A DNA stretch of 64,000 bases from an uncultured Gemmatimonadales bacterium (GCA_963798915.1 CAWCVB010000005.1:441291-505290), one strand, 5' to 3'; counted from the first letter of the stretch, positions 11,319 through 21,009 are shown. The notes: a model not told the origin generated them from the sequence alone. Numbers and translations: made by a program.

Positions 11319-12866
11319 CTAACGCATGGTGAGCGAACGGCGCGCCGGCTGCAGGCTCGAAGCCGGGAGCGGCTCGTCGAGCAAGCGCCGTGCAACGGCC
11401 GGCGGCGCGGGCAACGACGGATAGTTGGCCTGCATGTCCTTGATGCTTGCGCGCAGCAGCGCCTCGGCCAGGAAGGGATTGTGGACGCCAAGGCTCTTGT
11501 CGCCGTTGGCGTACAGTCCCTCGCCCACCAGGCGGGCGTTGAACTCGGCTCCTTCAGCAGACGTGATGATCGAGTCTCCGGCAAACTCTTCCGGATTGCT
11601 GCCCTTGATCGTCGGCAGATAGCCGGTGTCGGTGCCGGGATCAATGGCCTCGTTGCCATCCACATCCGTCCAGAGCACATCCGCCAGCGTCTTGAGCCGG
11701 TCACGCAGGTTGACGAGCAGCGACGCCGCCACGTCCTCCGATGCATGGCACCCGGAGTTGCTGCACGCGGCAAAGGTGCGCGCGCTGGTGGTGTAGCTGC
11801 AGCTGTTGTCGGCCACCGGCTTCCCGGTCCCATCAAGGCAGGGGATGGGCCGGAACAGGTGGCCGGTCGAGAAGATCTGCTCGCCAGTCAGGGTGTCGGT
11901 ATGCTGATAGGCATTGACGTGGCATCCGGCGCAGAGCCGCGGATTCCGCTCGGACGCATGGGACGTGAAGATCCGGGACGTGTCATATGCAAACCCGGCA
12001 GGGCGGTAGCCAGCGGTACCGAGAAGTACGGCGCCCTGCGGCGCGTGTGGCGTCGTTCCATGGCTCCCGCCGGCAGGTTCGGAGCGCCGGATGTGGCAGC
12101 GCATGCACAGGTTCAGCTCGGGATCCGGATTGGAGATCGAGAACCGGAGCTGCGACTCGTTGGGCGACCCATGCGGATCATGGCAGACTGCACACGTGGT
12201 GGCCATGGGTGTCGCGTCGTCATGTTCCACAAAGTTGGCATCCGCGTTCCAGGCTCGCAGGACCCCCTTGCCCTCGTGGCAGCTCTGGCATTCGGCGCGA
12301 CTCGCCGGCGAGGCAACCACCTGCGCATGGGCGGATTGTTTCCACTCATCGGCGAAGGGATTGTGGCCGCCCGAGTGGCACGCGGCGCAACTGGCAGCAG
12401 AATCATCCAGCGTCATGTGCGCCAACGGCACGTTACCGGGCAGGTCGGGGGCCTGCACATGCTCCAGCCCAGGGCCATGGCAGTTTTCGCACTGGACGTT
12501 ATGGTAGGCCGAATCCTCGACCAGATTCCAGCCGGCCGGTCCGGTGAGGCCGTTACCCTTCTCGTTCAGGGTATGGCAGCCAAAGCAGCTGGGCTGCGAA
12601 TGACCCGAGTTGATCAGCGTGGCATAGGCCTCGGCGTGCGCTGAGGTCTTCCAGTCCTTCCCGTGCTCGACATGGCAATTGCCACACGTCGTCTGGTTGC
12701 TGGCGACGTCGAACAGGCCAAGGAAGCCATTGATGCTGTCAGGTGGCGGGTTGAACGGCGGGCGGTCCCGGAAGACGATCTTGTCGGAACCGCAGCCTAC
12801 GAGCAAGGCGAGGGCCGTCAGGGTGAAACAGAGGAAGCTGGCACGGCGTCGGCTTGGCGCAGTCAT
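11319..12866 (-). CDS. Multiheme c-type cytochrome lipoprotein (8 CxxCH + 1 CX4CH)
   Basis: Lipobox LLVG-C; CGNCH, CFGCH, CENCH, CAACH, CQSCH, CAVCH, CMRCH, CAGCH, CSNSGCH; C-terminal DKSLGVHNP helical tail as in c552/OmcB-like multihemes. Confidence 0.9.
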   Translation of the reverse strand: MTAPSRRRASFLCFTLTALALLVGCGSDKIVFRDRPPFNPPPDSINGFLGLFDVASNQTTCGNCHVEHGKDWKTSAHAEAYATLINSGHSQPSCFGCHTLNEKGNGLTGPAGWNLVEDSAYHNVQCENCHGPGLEHVQAPDLPGNVPLAHMTLDDSAASCAACHSGGHNPFADEWKQSAHAQVVASPASRAECQSCHEGKGVLRAWNADANFVEHDDATPMATTCAVCHDPHGSPNESQLRFSISNPDPELNLCMRCHIRRSEPAGGSHGTTPHAPQGAVLLGTAGYRPAGFAYDTSRIFTSHASERNPRLCAGCHVNAYQHTDTLTGEQIFSTGHLFRPIPCLDGTGKPVADNSCSYTTSARTFAACSNSGCHASEDVAASLLVNLRDRLKTLADVLWTDVDGNEAIDPGTDTGYLPTIKGSNPEEFAGDSIITSAEGAEFNARLVGEGLYANGDKSLGVHNPFLAEALLRASIKDMQANYPSLPAPPAVARRLLDEPLPASSLQPARRSLTMR

Positions 12867-13046
12867 ATTTGACCCTTGAGAGGGAATCTGCATACAATAC
12901 CTACGGACATCTGCGGAGTTTCGCAAGCGCTGTGGGTATCCCATGAGCGGATCGTCACATATTCTTCATGAAATCTGCGCTTCCCGGCCCCACTCTTCAT
13001 TGTTACAACCACACGGTCGTCGTCTCGTTATTCTAGGGGCTCTGTG

Positions 13047-13731
13047 ATGAATCCACGGTTCTGCTCGGCGTGCGGGAGTCAGCTTCGGCCCGGCGGCCGC
13101 TTCTGCGGCGCATGCGGAGCGCCAGCCGATGGCGTCCCGGTGACGGCCTCAGGCGGAATGCGCCGCGTCGCCGGTCATCCTGGGTGCACTGGTGGTGCTG
13201 ACCGGGGTGGTGCTGCTGGCTCGGTCCCAGCGGCGGCCAGCGGAGCCGGACTCGTCGTTGGCATCGGCCGCCGGCGCCGGGGCGGTCATGCCACCTGACA
13301 TCAGTGGCATGTCGCCGCGCGAACGGTTTGACCGACTGTACAACCGCAGCATGACGGCAGCCGAAGCGGGCGATGCATCCACCCTGTCCACTTTTGCACC
13401 AATGGCCTTGCTGGCGTATGCCCAGCTCGACACCGTGGATGCCGATGCGCGCTATCATGCGGCCATGCTCCGGCTGCACACCGGAGACGTGCCCGGCGCT
13501 GCGGCGCTGGCCGATTCGATTCTGGCTGCAACGCCGGGCCACCTCTTCGGATACGTGATCCAGTTGACCGTGGCGCGCTGGCGGAAGGATACCGCCGCCG
13601 CCGCCGCCGCCCAGCGTGCCTTTGCGGCCCACTACGACGCCGAACTCCAGGCGGGCCGACCGGAGTACGCCGAGCACCGGACCATACTGGATGACACCCG
13701 CCGTGGCGCCTCGGCCACCGTATCGAACTGA
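13047..13731 (+). CDS. Zinc-ribbon + TM + TPR-like protein (CcmI/CycH-like), frameshifted near 13145-13170
   Basis: FCSACG..FCGACG ribbon in one frame; TM (PVILGALVVLTGVVLLA) and helical repeats in the next frame; first gene of the ccm operon. Confidence 0.6.
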
Positions 13732-13809
13732 CGGGCCGGCGTCCATGCTGCTATGTTGCACGTGATTGCCCGGACGACGGGCATGACTGCCTCCCGGAGA
13801 TAGGTCGAC

Positions 13810-14238
13810 ATGAAAGCCGGAACCAAATTCCTGGTCGGGGCTGCGGTGATCGTCGCCGCGGTCAGCTGGCTCATCGTGGCTGGCGTGCGCGAGACCGGTG
13901 TCTACTACCTCACGCCCACTGAGCTGGCTCAACGGGCCTCGGTGGACTCGAGCTACTTCGGTCTTGGTGTACGGGTCGGCGGCGCCAAGGTCGTGCCGGG
14001 CTCCGTGACCCGGAACGTCGCGTCGCAGGACATCGACTTCCGCATTTCGGACGGCCGTCAACAGTACCCCGTGCACTATCACGGGATCGTACCCGACACC
14101 TTCACGGGTGCCGACGACATCGAGGTCATCGTTGATGGAAGCCTGGGGCATGATGGGGTCATACGCGCCACCGAAGTGCTGGCGAAATGCGGGTCGCGCT
14201 ACGAGGCGGCGGCCGAGGACGCGCGCCGCCAGGCCTGA
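13810..14238 (+). CDS. ccmE: Heme chaperone CcmE, CxxxY variant
   Basis: YYLTPTE, VRVGG.VVPGS, YHGIVPDTF, LAKCGSRY (Cys in place of the canonical His). Confidence 0.93.
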   Translation: MKAGTKFLVGAAVIVAAVSWLIVAGVRETGVYYLTPTELAQRASVDSSYFGLGVRVGGAKVVPGSVTRNVASQDIDFRISDGRQQYPVHYHGIVPDTFTGADDIEVIVDGSLGHDGVIRATEVLAKCGSRYEAAAEDARRQA

Positions 14239-14244
14239 CGCACA

Positions 14245-16287
14245 ATGACCTTTCTCGGACAGTTCGCCCTCTGGACGGCGTTCCTGGTTGGTCTCTGGGG
14301 CGCCGTCGTGTCATTCTCCGGGCGCTGGCGCGAGCGGCCCGAGCTGGCGCGCAGCGTGCGCCGCTCGGTGTTCATGGTGTTCGCGGCCCTGGCCGTGGCG
14401 TCGCTGTGCCTCTGGAAGGGCCTGCTCGCGCACGATTTCAACATCGAGTACGTCTGGTCCTACACCTCGCGCAACCTGCCGACCTACTTTGTGGTGTCCG
14501 CGTTCTGGGCGGGGCAGAAGGGATCGCTGCTCTTCTGGGCCGTGGTGCTCTCCACCTTCGCAGCACTCGCGCAATTGCTGACGGCGCGCCGGCATGCGCA
14601 CCTCCTCCCATACGTGGCCGGCGTTACCAACTCGGTGGTGGCGTTCTTCGTGAGCGTCATGATCTTCGCTGCCAATCCCTTCAGCCGCCTGGACTTCACC
14701 CCGCTCGACGGTCACGGCCTGAATCCCCAGCTCCAGAACGTGGGCATGGTGATCCATCCGCCGATGCTCTACCTGGGCTACATCAGTGTCACGATTCCGT
14801 TTGCCTTTGCGGTGGCCGCGCTGCTCTCGCGCCGAATTGATTCGGGCTGGGTGGTCGCGATTCGCAAGTGGACCCTCGTGTCCTGGCTGTTCCTCTCGAT
14901 CGGCATCACGCTGGGGATGTGGTGGGCCTACGTTGAACTCGGCTGGGGCGGCTACTGGGCGTGGGATCCGGTCGAGAATGCCAGCTTCCTGCCCTGGCTC
15001 ACGATGACGGCCTTTTTGCATTCGGTGATGATTCAGGAAAAGCGCGGGATGCTGAAGCGCTGGAACCTTGGCCTCGTGGTGGGCTCGTTCCTGCTGAGCA
15101 TCTTCGGCACGTTCATCACCCGCTCGGGTGTCATTGCCAGCGTGCACAGTTTCACCCAATCCAACGTGGGCTATTTCTTCCTGGGTTTCCTGGCAATCGC
15201 GGGCGCGTTCTCGTACACGCTGCTGTACACCAGGTGGCCGTCGCTGGAACCCGACAGTCAACTGGAGAGCATGCTGAGCCGGGAGGCCGCCTTTCTCTTC
15301 AATAATCTGGTGCTAGTCGGGATCGCGTTCTCCGTCCTCTGGGGCACGCTCTTCCCGATTCTCTCGGAGTTGGTGCGAAACACCAAGATCACGGTCGGTC
15401 CGCCCTTCTTCAACAAGGTAAACATCCCGCTCGGGCTGCTGTTGCTGGCGCTGACCGGCATCGGGCCCCTCATCGCCTGGCGCCGGGCATCCCGCGCCAA
15501 CCTCCGGCGCCAGTTCACGGTGCCGCTGGGCGCGGGGCTTGGCACGGGCCTGGTGCTGCTCATTGCGGGCATGCGAGACCCGTACCCGATCATGGCCCTG
15601 GCCCTGGGCGGTTTCGTCACCGGCACGATCGGACAGGAGTTCTTCCGGGGGGTGCGTGCCCGGCGGCGGATGCACGGTGAGGGCGTGGTCGGAGCGCTGT
15701 TCCACCTGATTGCACGTAATCGGCGCCGCTACGGTGGCTACATCGTGCACGTGGCGATCGTCATCTACTTCGTCGCCTTTACCGGGATGGCGTTCAAGCG
15801 CGAGCGCGAAGCAACCTTGAAGCCGGGCCAGAGCATCCAGCTTGCCAGCCCCTTCGGCCATAACTACACGCTGACGCATGTGGGAGTCTCGCAATACAAG
15901 GCCTTGAACCGGTTTGTGACGGCCGCGAGCGTGCGCGTGAGCCGGGATGGCAAGGACCTCGGCATCATGACCTCCGAGAAGCGCCAGCATTTCACGGTGG
16001 AGAACGGCCAGGAAGTGGCCTCCTTCGAGCCGAGCACGGAGGTGGCAATCCGCAGCGACCTGCGCGAAGACCTGTATATCGTGTTTGCGGGCGCCGTCGA
16101 TGGCACCGAAGAGGCGGTCTACCGCTTCACCATCAATCCGCTGGTCTGGTGGGTCTGGTACGGAGGCGTCCTGCTTGCGATTGGCGGCCTGATCACGATG
16201 TGGCCGGGAGAGCCGCCGGGCACGACGCCCACACGCACGCAGGCAGGTTACACCGTGACGCTGGAAGGAGCTGGTGCCAGTGCCTGA
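14245..16287 (+). CDS. ccmF: Cytochrome c heme lyase CcmF
   Basis: GLNPQLQ, IHPPMLYLGY, WWAYVELGWGGYWAWDPVENAS, TRSGV.SVHSF. Confidence 0.97.
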   Translation: MTFLGQFALWTAFLVGLWGAVVSFSGRWRERPELARSVRRSVFMVFAALAVASLCLWKGLLAHDFNIEYVWSYTSRNLPTYFVVSAFWAGQKGSLLFWAVVLSTFAALAQLLTARRHAHLLPYVAGVTNSVVAFFVSVMIFAANPFSRLDFTPLDGHGLNPQLQNVGMVIHPPMLYLGYISVTIPFAFAVAALLSRRIDSGWVVAIRKWTLVSWLFLSIGITLGMWWAYVELGWGGYWAWDPVENASFLPWLTMTAFLHSVMIQEKRGMLKRWNLGLVVGSFLLSIFGTFITRSGVIASVHSFTQSNVGYFFLGFLAIAGAFSYTLLYTRWPSLEPDSQLESMLSREAAFLFNNLVLVGIAFSVLWGTLFPILSELVRNTKITVGPPFFNKVNIPLGLLLLALTGIGPLIAWRRASRANLRRQFTVPLGAGLGTGLVLLIAGMRDPYPIMALALGGFVTGTIGQEFFRGVRARRRMHGEGVVGALFHLIARNRRRYGGYIVHVAIVIYFVAFTGMAFKREREATLKPGQSIQLASPFGHNYTLTHVGVSQYKALNRFVTAASVRVSRDGKDLGIMTSEKRQHFTVENGQEVASFEPSTEVAIRSDLREDLYIVFAGAVDGTEEAVYRFTINPLVWWVWYGGVLLAIGGLITMWPGEPPGTTPTRTQAGYTVTLEGAGASA

Positions 16288-16882
16288 GCTGGACGCAACG
16301 ATGACCCGCCGCGGTTTGCTGGTCGGACTCCTCACGACCGGTGGCGCTGCCATGCTGGGGGCGCAGACCCAGTCCCAGGGTGACAGCCTCGCGGGTGGCG
16401 GCTCCATTGGCACCCTCGGGGCGCCGGGCCTGGCCGGGCGGCCCATGGCCCCGACCACCGCGGCTGACAACGACCTTGCCATTCAGGCGCTCGAAAAGCG
16501 GCTGCGCTGCTCCTGCGGATGCGGACTCGACATCTACACCTGCCGCACGACTGATTTCACCTGCACCTACTCACCGCAGCTCCATCGCGAGATCATGGAG
16601 TTCTGGAACAACGGCCAGTCAGCCGACCAGATCATCGCAGCGTTTGTCCAGGAGTATGGCGAGAAGGCACTGATGGCGCCGCCGCCCCGCGGCTTCAATC
16701 TGGCCGGATATCTGGTCCCGGGCATTCTCATTCTCATGCTGGGTGCCGTGCTCGCGTGGGTGCTGTTGCGCCGGCGGGCGCTGGTGGCGCCCGAGGGCGT
16801 GGCGGAACCACGGGCGATCGATGCCTCCGAAGCCGAGCTGGCAGAATTGAAGCGCGCCATCTCCGACGCGGATGCGGGATGA
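16280..16882 (+). CDS. ccmH: CcmH/NrfF-family maturation protein
   Basis: LRCSCGC, I...FV.EYG..AL..PP, C-terminal TM; follows ccmF; RBS GAAGGAG 9 nt before the GTG. Confidence 0.85.
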   Translation: MPELDATMTRRGLLVGLLTTGGAAMLGAQTQSQGDSLAGGGSIGTLGAPGLAGRPMAPTTAADNDLAIQALEKRLRCSCGCGLDIYTCRTTDFTCTYSPQLHREIMEFWNNGQSADQIIAAFVQEYGEKALMAPPPRGFNLAGYLVPGILILMLGAVLAWVLLRRRALVAPEGVAEPRAIDASEAELAELKRAISDADAG

Positions 16883-17364
16883 TCTGGGAACTGATCGGTG
16901 CACTGGCGCTGGGAGCCGCCGCCGTCTGGTTTGTACTTGCTCCGGTGGGCCAGCCACTTGCGCCCGAACGCGCCCGGCCTGCGGATCCCTTTGACGTAGA
17001 CGAAACCCCACGCTCGCGCGCTGTCGAGGCGTTGCGCGAAATCGAGTTTGATCGCGCCACCGGCAAGCTGTCGGACGCAGACTACGCCGCGCTCAAGTCC
17101 CGCTATACCGGCCTCGCGGTGCAGGCGATGCGACAGGAACGTGCGGCTGCGCCGGACGATGCCGACCTCGAGGCAATGATTGCCGCTCGACGAGGGCAGG
17201 CGTCCAGCGCCTGCGAGACCTGTGGGCCTCGCCCGGAGCCCGATGCGGTGTTCTGTTCGACCTGCGGCGGCCGGCTCGCGACCGGCCGCCTGTGCATGTC
17301 GTGCGCCGCCCCGGTGCCCGCTGACGGCGTATTCTGCGAGCGTTGTGGAGCCCGCGCCGCCTAG
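16879..17364 (+). CDS. CcmI-N-like membrane protein with double zinc ribbon
   Basis: TM, ALREIEFDRATGKLSDADY, then four CxxC pairs (CETC, CSTC, CMSC, CERC). Confidence 0.75.
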   Translation: MIWELIGALALGAAAVWFVLAPVGQPLAPERARPADPFDVDETPRSRAVEALREIEFDRATGKLSDADYAALKSRYTGLAVQAMRQERAAAPDDADLEAMIAARRGQASSACETCGPRPEPDAVFCSTCGGRLATGRLCMSCAAPVPADGVFCERCGARAA

Positions 17365-17365
17365 T

Positions 17366-17959
17366 CTACATCCGAATCAGCACTCCCATTTCCATCCGCA
17401 CCCAGGCCATGGCCGTTCGCCGGTATCCCTCGGCCAGGTCGTCACCGCTGAACACGCTCTGCGAGATGCCTGACGTCAGCCGGTTCTCGAATCGGAGCGG
17501 CCCCGTGCCGAAGCGCAGGGCGATGCCGGCGCCAGCGCCCAGACGGGTTCGTCGGCTTGCACTGCTCAACGTCCAGATGTCACCGCGGACTGCGAGGTCC
17601 AGCAGGAGCGTGGCCCCGCCGGTGCGGTGTACCGGATGCGCCAGCGACAGCACCACGCCGGTGCGCGAAAACGGCACTGCAGAGAGCTGAACAGCCGATG
17701 CGGAATCCGACGCCCGGAGAGCCGAGGGCTGCACTTCCACGGCGAGACCAAACTCAAGGCTGCCGGCACTGCGACGCACCCCCACGTCCGCACCCAGCCC
17801 TGGGCCAGGTCCAAAGCTGGTGCCGTCACGGTGTGCAGCCGGACTGAACCAGGTCTGACCGATGGCGCCCGTGGTCCACCAGCCGTGCTCCTGGGCCCTG
17901 CCTGCGCTCGGCAGGGCCAGCAGGAGTACGGCGACCGGTGCGATGGTGACCCGGTTCAT
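17366..17959 (-). CDS. Small exported beta-strand-rich protein (putative OM beta-barrel)
   Basis: Signal peptide ending GRA-Q; about 8 amphipathic strands; 4-nt overlap with the upstream lipoprotein gene. Confidence 0.55.
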   Translation of the reverse strand: MNRVTIAPVAVLLLALPSAGRAQEHGWWTTGAIGQTWFSPAAHRDGTSFGPGPGLGADVGVRRSAGSLEFGLAVEVQPSALRASDSASAVQLSAVPFSRTGVVLSLAHPVHRTGGATLLLDLAVRGDIWTLSSASRRTRLGAGAGIALRFGTGPLRFENRLTSGISQSVFSGDDLAEGYRRTAMAWVRMEMGVLIRM

Positions 17960-19173
17960 CGCATCTCCAACGCGATGTACCCATTGGTCTCGGCGTTCTT
18001 GCCCTTGATGATCCAGTTGTAGCCGGCGTGCCGCTCGGTCGTGGTGATATCCTCCACCGCATTGCCGATCAGGTCGTCGTTGGTCTTGATCAGCGAGCTT
18101 CCCAGCGACACAACTTGCTGCACCACCGGCAGATATTTCCAGACCTTGCCGTACCATGTGGTAACGTCGTTTCCGCCGGCAAGCCCCTTTACGAGCGCGT
18201 CCACGGCCTGGATGATCGACTTCAGGTCGGTCTGACTGGCCTTCATGACGCAGGGCGTGTCATCGTCCTCCACAAAGAAGAGCCGGAGCGCCTGGCCGGG
18301 GTGGGCGACCTTGAAGTTGTCCAGCTGTGCCTGGCTCATCAGCAACGCGGAGCCGATCCAGTCCTTGTTGTCCTGATTGAAGGAATAGGGCGCGACGGCT
18401 CGTTCGTTGATGCACTGGTACGAGGTGAGTGAATCCGTGCTCCCCTTTTGGCCGAGCACTGAGATCTCGATCTCCGGCGCACCCTTGAGCCAGGACTCGA
18501 AGGTGCTGTTGAGGTGACTCTGCGTGAGGTACAAGCCCGGCACCGGGCCGGATGACGTACTGACGCCGGAGGAGGTGCCGCCGCCGGACGATGTACCACC
18601 GCCGTCACAGTCGGTACACATCGCAAACGACAGGCTGCGCCGCCTGATCGCATTGAAGTCGGTTTCCCGCGGCACGACGGCCAGGACCGGGACATCAGGC
18701 GGGTGGTCGGGATCCAGGGCGATGCGCTTGCCATCGAGTGTGAACCCGACTGGGAGCGTTCCGTCGGCGCCGATGGTGCCCACCAGCAGATCGGGCCCTC
18801 CGTCCCATTTCGCGCGATGCTGCGGCACGGGGAAATAGACCTCCAGCTGCGCTGCGGCGGCCATGTCCACCGCGGCCCCGTCGGCACTGTGCAGGGCGGT
18901 GGCACCTCGCCCACCCGCCGCGGCCAGGAACCGGTCGACCGCGAGTTTGCCTTCGGGCACGGAGGCGCTGTCCAGTGCCTGATGGATATACGCACGAAAA
19001 TCCTCGTGAGCGAGCGCCCGGGAAAACCGGCGGGCAAGTTGCTCCCGCTGGATGTCCTGGTTGGCGCTCGCAGTCCGAGCTACGGCAGGGGTATCTGACT
19101 CCAGGACGGGCGATTCCGTTCCGGTGCTGCATGCCACGGCGATCAGGAGCAGTGGCAGAAGTGACTTCCTCAT
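17956..19173 (-). CDS. Hypothetical lipoprotein (DUF3103-like)
   Basis: Lipobox IAVA-C; FESWLKGAPEIEI and EDDDT segments resemble DUF3103 from memory; RBS GGAGG. Confidence 0.6.
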   Translation of the reverse strand: MRKSLLPLLLIAVACSTGTESPVLESDTPAVARTASANQDIQREQLARRFSRALAHEDFRAYIHQALDSASVPEGKLAVDRFLAAAGGRGATALHSADGAAVDMAAAAQLEVYFPVPQHRAKWDGGPDLLVGTIGADGTLPVGFTLDGKRIALDPDHPPDVPVLAVVPRETDFNAIRRRSLSFAMCTDCDGGGTSSGGGTSSGVSTSSGPVPGLYLTQSHLNSTFESWLKGAPEIEISVLGQKGSTDSLTSYQCINERAVAPYSFNQDNKDWIGSALLMSQAQLDNFKVAHPGQALRLFFVEDDDTPCVMKASQTDLKSIIQAVDALVKGLAGGNDVTTWYGKVWKYLPVVQQVVSLGSSLIKTNDDLIGNAVEDITTTERHAGYNWIIKGKNAETNGYIALEMR

Positions 19174-19287
19174 GGTGTCCTCCGGTGGAGTGAAGCTCCA
19201 AGCTCGGAAGGACCGCCATGGTTACCGGTACCGGAGAAACGCGTCCGGTGTTGTAAAAATGAGGTGGGAGATTGCTGCGAGGTTTGT

Positions 19288-21009
19288 CTAGTGCTCGATC
19301 TGCTCCAGCCGGCGCACGGCCAGACTGAGTGAAATCACCGCCGTGCATCCGCAGAGCAGCAGCACGGCGCCCAGCGCCAGCACCAGCCCGGGCGAGAGTC
19401 TGAAGGATTCGCCAGCCTGGTGGGCCCGCATGTACGCGCTGACCGGAATGGCCTCGACCGCAATGAGAAGGCCGAGCAGCGCAATGCCGCTCATCATGAA
19501 CACCAGCCCGCCGAAGCTGGTCGGTATCTGGGCCGCGTTCTCAGTGTCGAACTTCGGGTAGAAGGCACCCAGACAGAGTGCCAGGGCACTGGCCGCGACG
19601 GCGAAGGAGAGGATCGTGCCGCAGCTCACCAGCATCATGAACGACGAGGCATGCAGCAGCAGGTTGGTGGTGATCGTGATCAGGAGCGCCAGGACGGCGA
19701 GCGGGGTGACGCCGAGCCAGAATTTGCTCAGCAGCAGCGTGCGCAAGCGCAACGGACTGGACTGAATGAGCCAGAGCTGGCGGCCCTCAAGCGAGACGGA
19801 CGGGAAAATGAACCGGGCCGCCACGGCCGTGAGCACGAACCCGGCCAACCCCAGGTTCAGGAACACGATGATGGTCACCAGAAAGAATGGGACCTTTTCG
19901 CCCGAAAACAGCGGCAGCGACTGGATGTTGAAGACGTACACCACGACCAGCACACCCAGCAGGATCAACTGGCTCCACTGGGTTGGATCCCGAAAGAACA
20001 CCCGCACGTCCTTGAGCAGGAACTCTCGCCGAGCGGGGCCCATGCCTCCCATGAAGCGGCTGATGATGGCCGACCATGAACGTCCGCGGACAAAGCGCTC
20101 GGCACCTTCCTGGGACTTGCTGTACCCATCGCGAAAGAGCCGGCCGTGGAGCCACCCGCCCATCATGACGAATGCAGCAGCCGTGGTCACGAGGAGCAGA
20201 ATCGGCAAGGGGTCCGCGATGTGGCGGAGCCAGTTCATGATCATGTCCGACGCCCACTGCGTCGGCAGAAAGGGGTTGGTTGGCGCCCGGAGAACGGCGA
20301 GAAAATCCACCAGGCTCTCAAAGCCCTCAGGACGGGCCAGCCGCTCCGGCCGTACGAGGCGGAACAGCAGCGCCACGCCGCCGGCCGCGCCCAGGGCCAC
20401 CAGGGTGAGCAGGTCCCGGATGCGCCGCGCGGGGAAGACATTCACCAGCAGCAACGTGATCCCGGCGCCAACGACGGCTGGCAGAATGATGAACGGCAGC
20501 AGTGCCGCCATCGCGACGAAGGGGAACAGCGGCCCGCCATGGAAGACGATGCCATAGGCGGTGAGGATGGGCACTGCCATCAACAGCACCATCCAGGAGC
20601 TGTGCCCTGCGGTCTCGAGCAGCTTGGCAAGGTACAGGCGGAACCAGTGCAGCGGTGCGGCCACCAGCAGGTCGAGGTCGCGTGCCAGGAAGAAGCTGGA
20701 GAGCGACGTGATCAGGTTCGACAGCAGCAGGATGGCGGCGAAGGCGAGGAAGATGACACCCAGCATCTTGGAGGCGAGGAGCACGCCGATTTCCTGGGTG
20801 CCGACATACCGGAGCACCCGGTAGCAGATCCCGAAGGCGGCAGTCCAGAACAGGGCGCCCACGATCAGGAAAAGGAGCATGCGAGTGCCGCGGCCATGCC
20901 GCCTGCTGCGGCTCCGCGCAAGCGCGCTGCGCCACTTGGGAGCGAGGACGTCACCGAGGCTGGGCTGATGCGGCACCTGCCGCACCGAGACGGGGAGGCC
21001 GCTATTCAT
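19288..21009 (-). CDS. Putative ABC exporter permease
   Basis: Multi-TM; FFLARDLDLL..AP, KD.R.F.RD..QW, SLEG...W..S.P motifs; coupled to an ABC ATPase. Confidence 0.85.
   Translation of the reverse strand: MNSGLPVSVRQVPHQPSLGDVLAPKWRSALARSRSRRHGRGTRMLLFLIVGALFWTAAFGICYRVLRYVGTQEIGVLLASKMLGVIFLAFAAILLLSNLITSLSSFFLARDLDLLVAAPLHWFRLYLAKLLETAGHSSWMVLLMAVPILTAYGIVFHGGPLFPFVAMAALLPFIILPAVVGAGITLLLVNVFPARRIRDLLTLVALGAAGGVALLFRLVRPERLARPEGFESLVDFLAVLRAPTNPFLPTQWASDMIMNWLRHIADPLPILLLVTTAAAFVMMGGWLHGRLFRDGYSKSQEGAERFVRGRSWSAIISRFMGGMGPARREFLLKDVRVFFRDPTQWSQLILLGVLVVVYVFNIQSLPLFSGEKVPFFLVTIIVFLNLGLAGFVLTAVAARFIFPSVSLEGRQLWLIQSSPLRLRTLLLSKFWLGVTPLAVLALLITITTNLLLHASSFMMLVSCGTILSFAVAASALALCLGAFYPKFDTENAAQIPTSFGGLVFMMSGIALLGLLIAVEAIPVSAYMRAHQAGESFRLSPGLVLALGAVLLLCGCTAVISLSLAVRRLEQIEH

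Noticed and set aside
11319..12866. NrfA nitrite reductase or hydroxylamine oxidoreductase
   Set aside because: No CxxCK catalytic motif and nine heme motifs; only the C-terminal S.GVHNP tail is NrfA-like.
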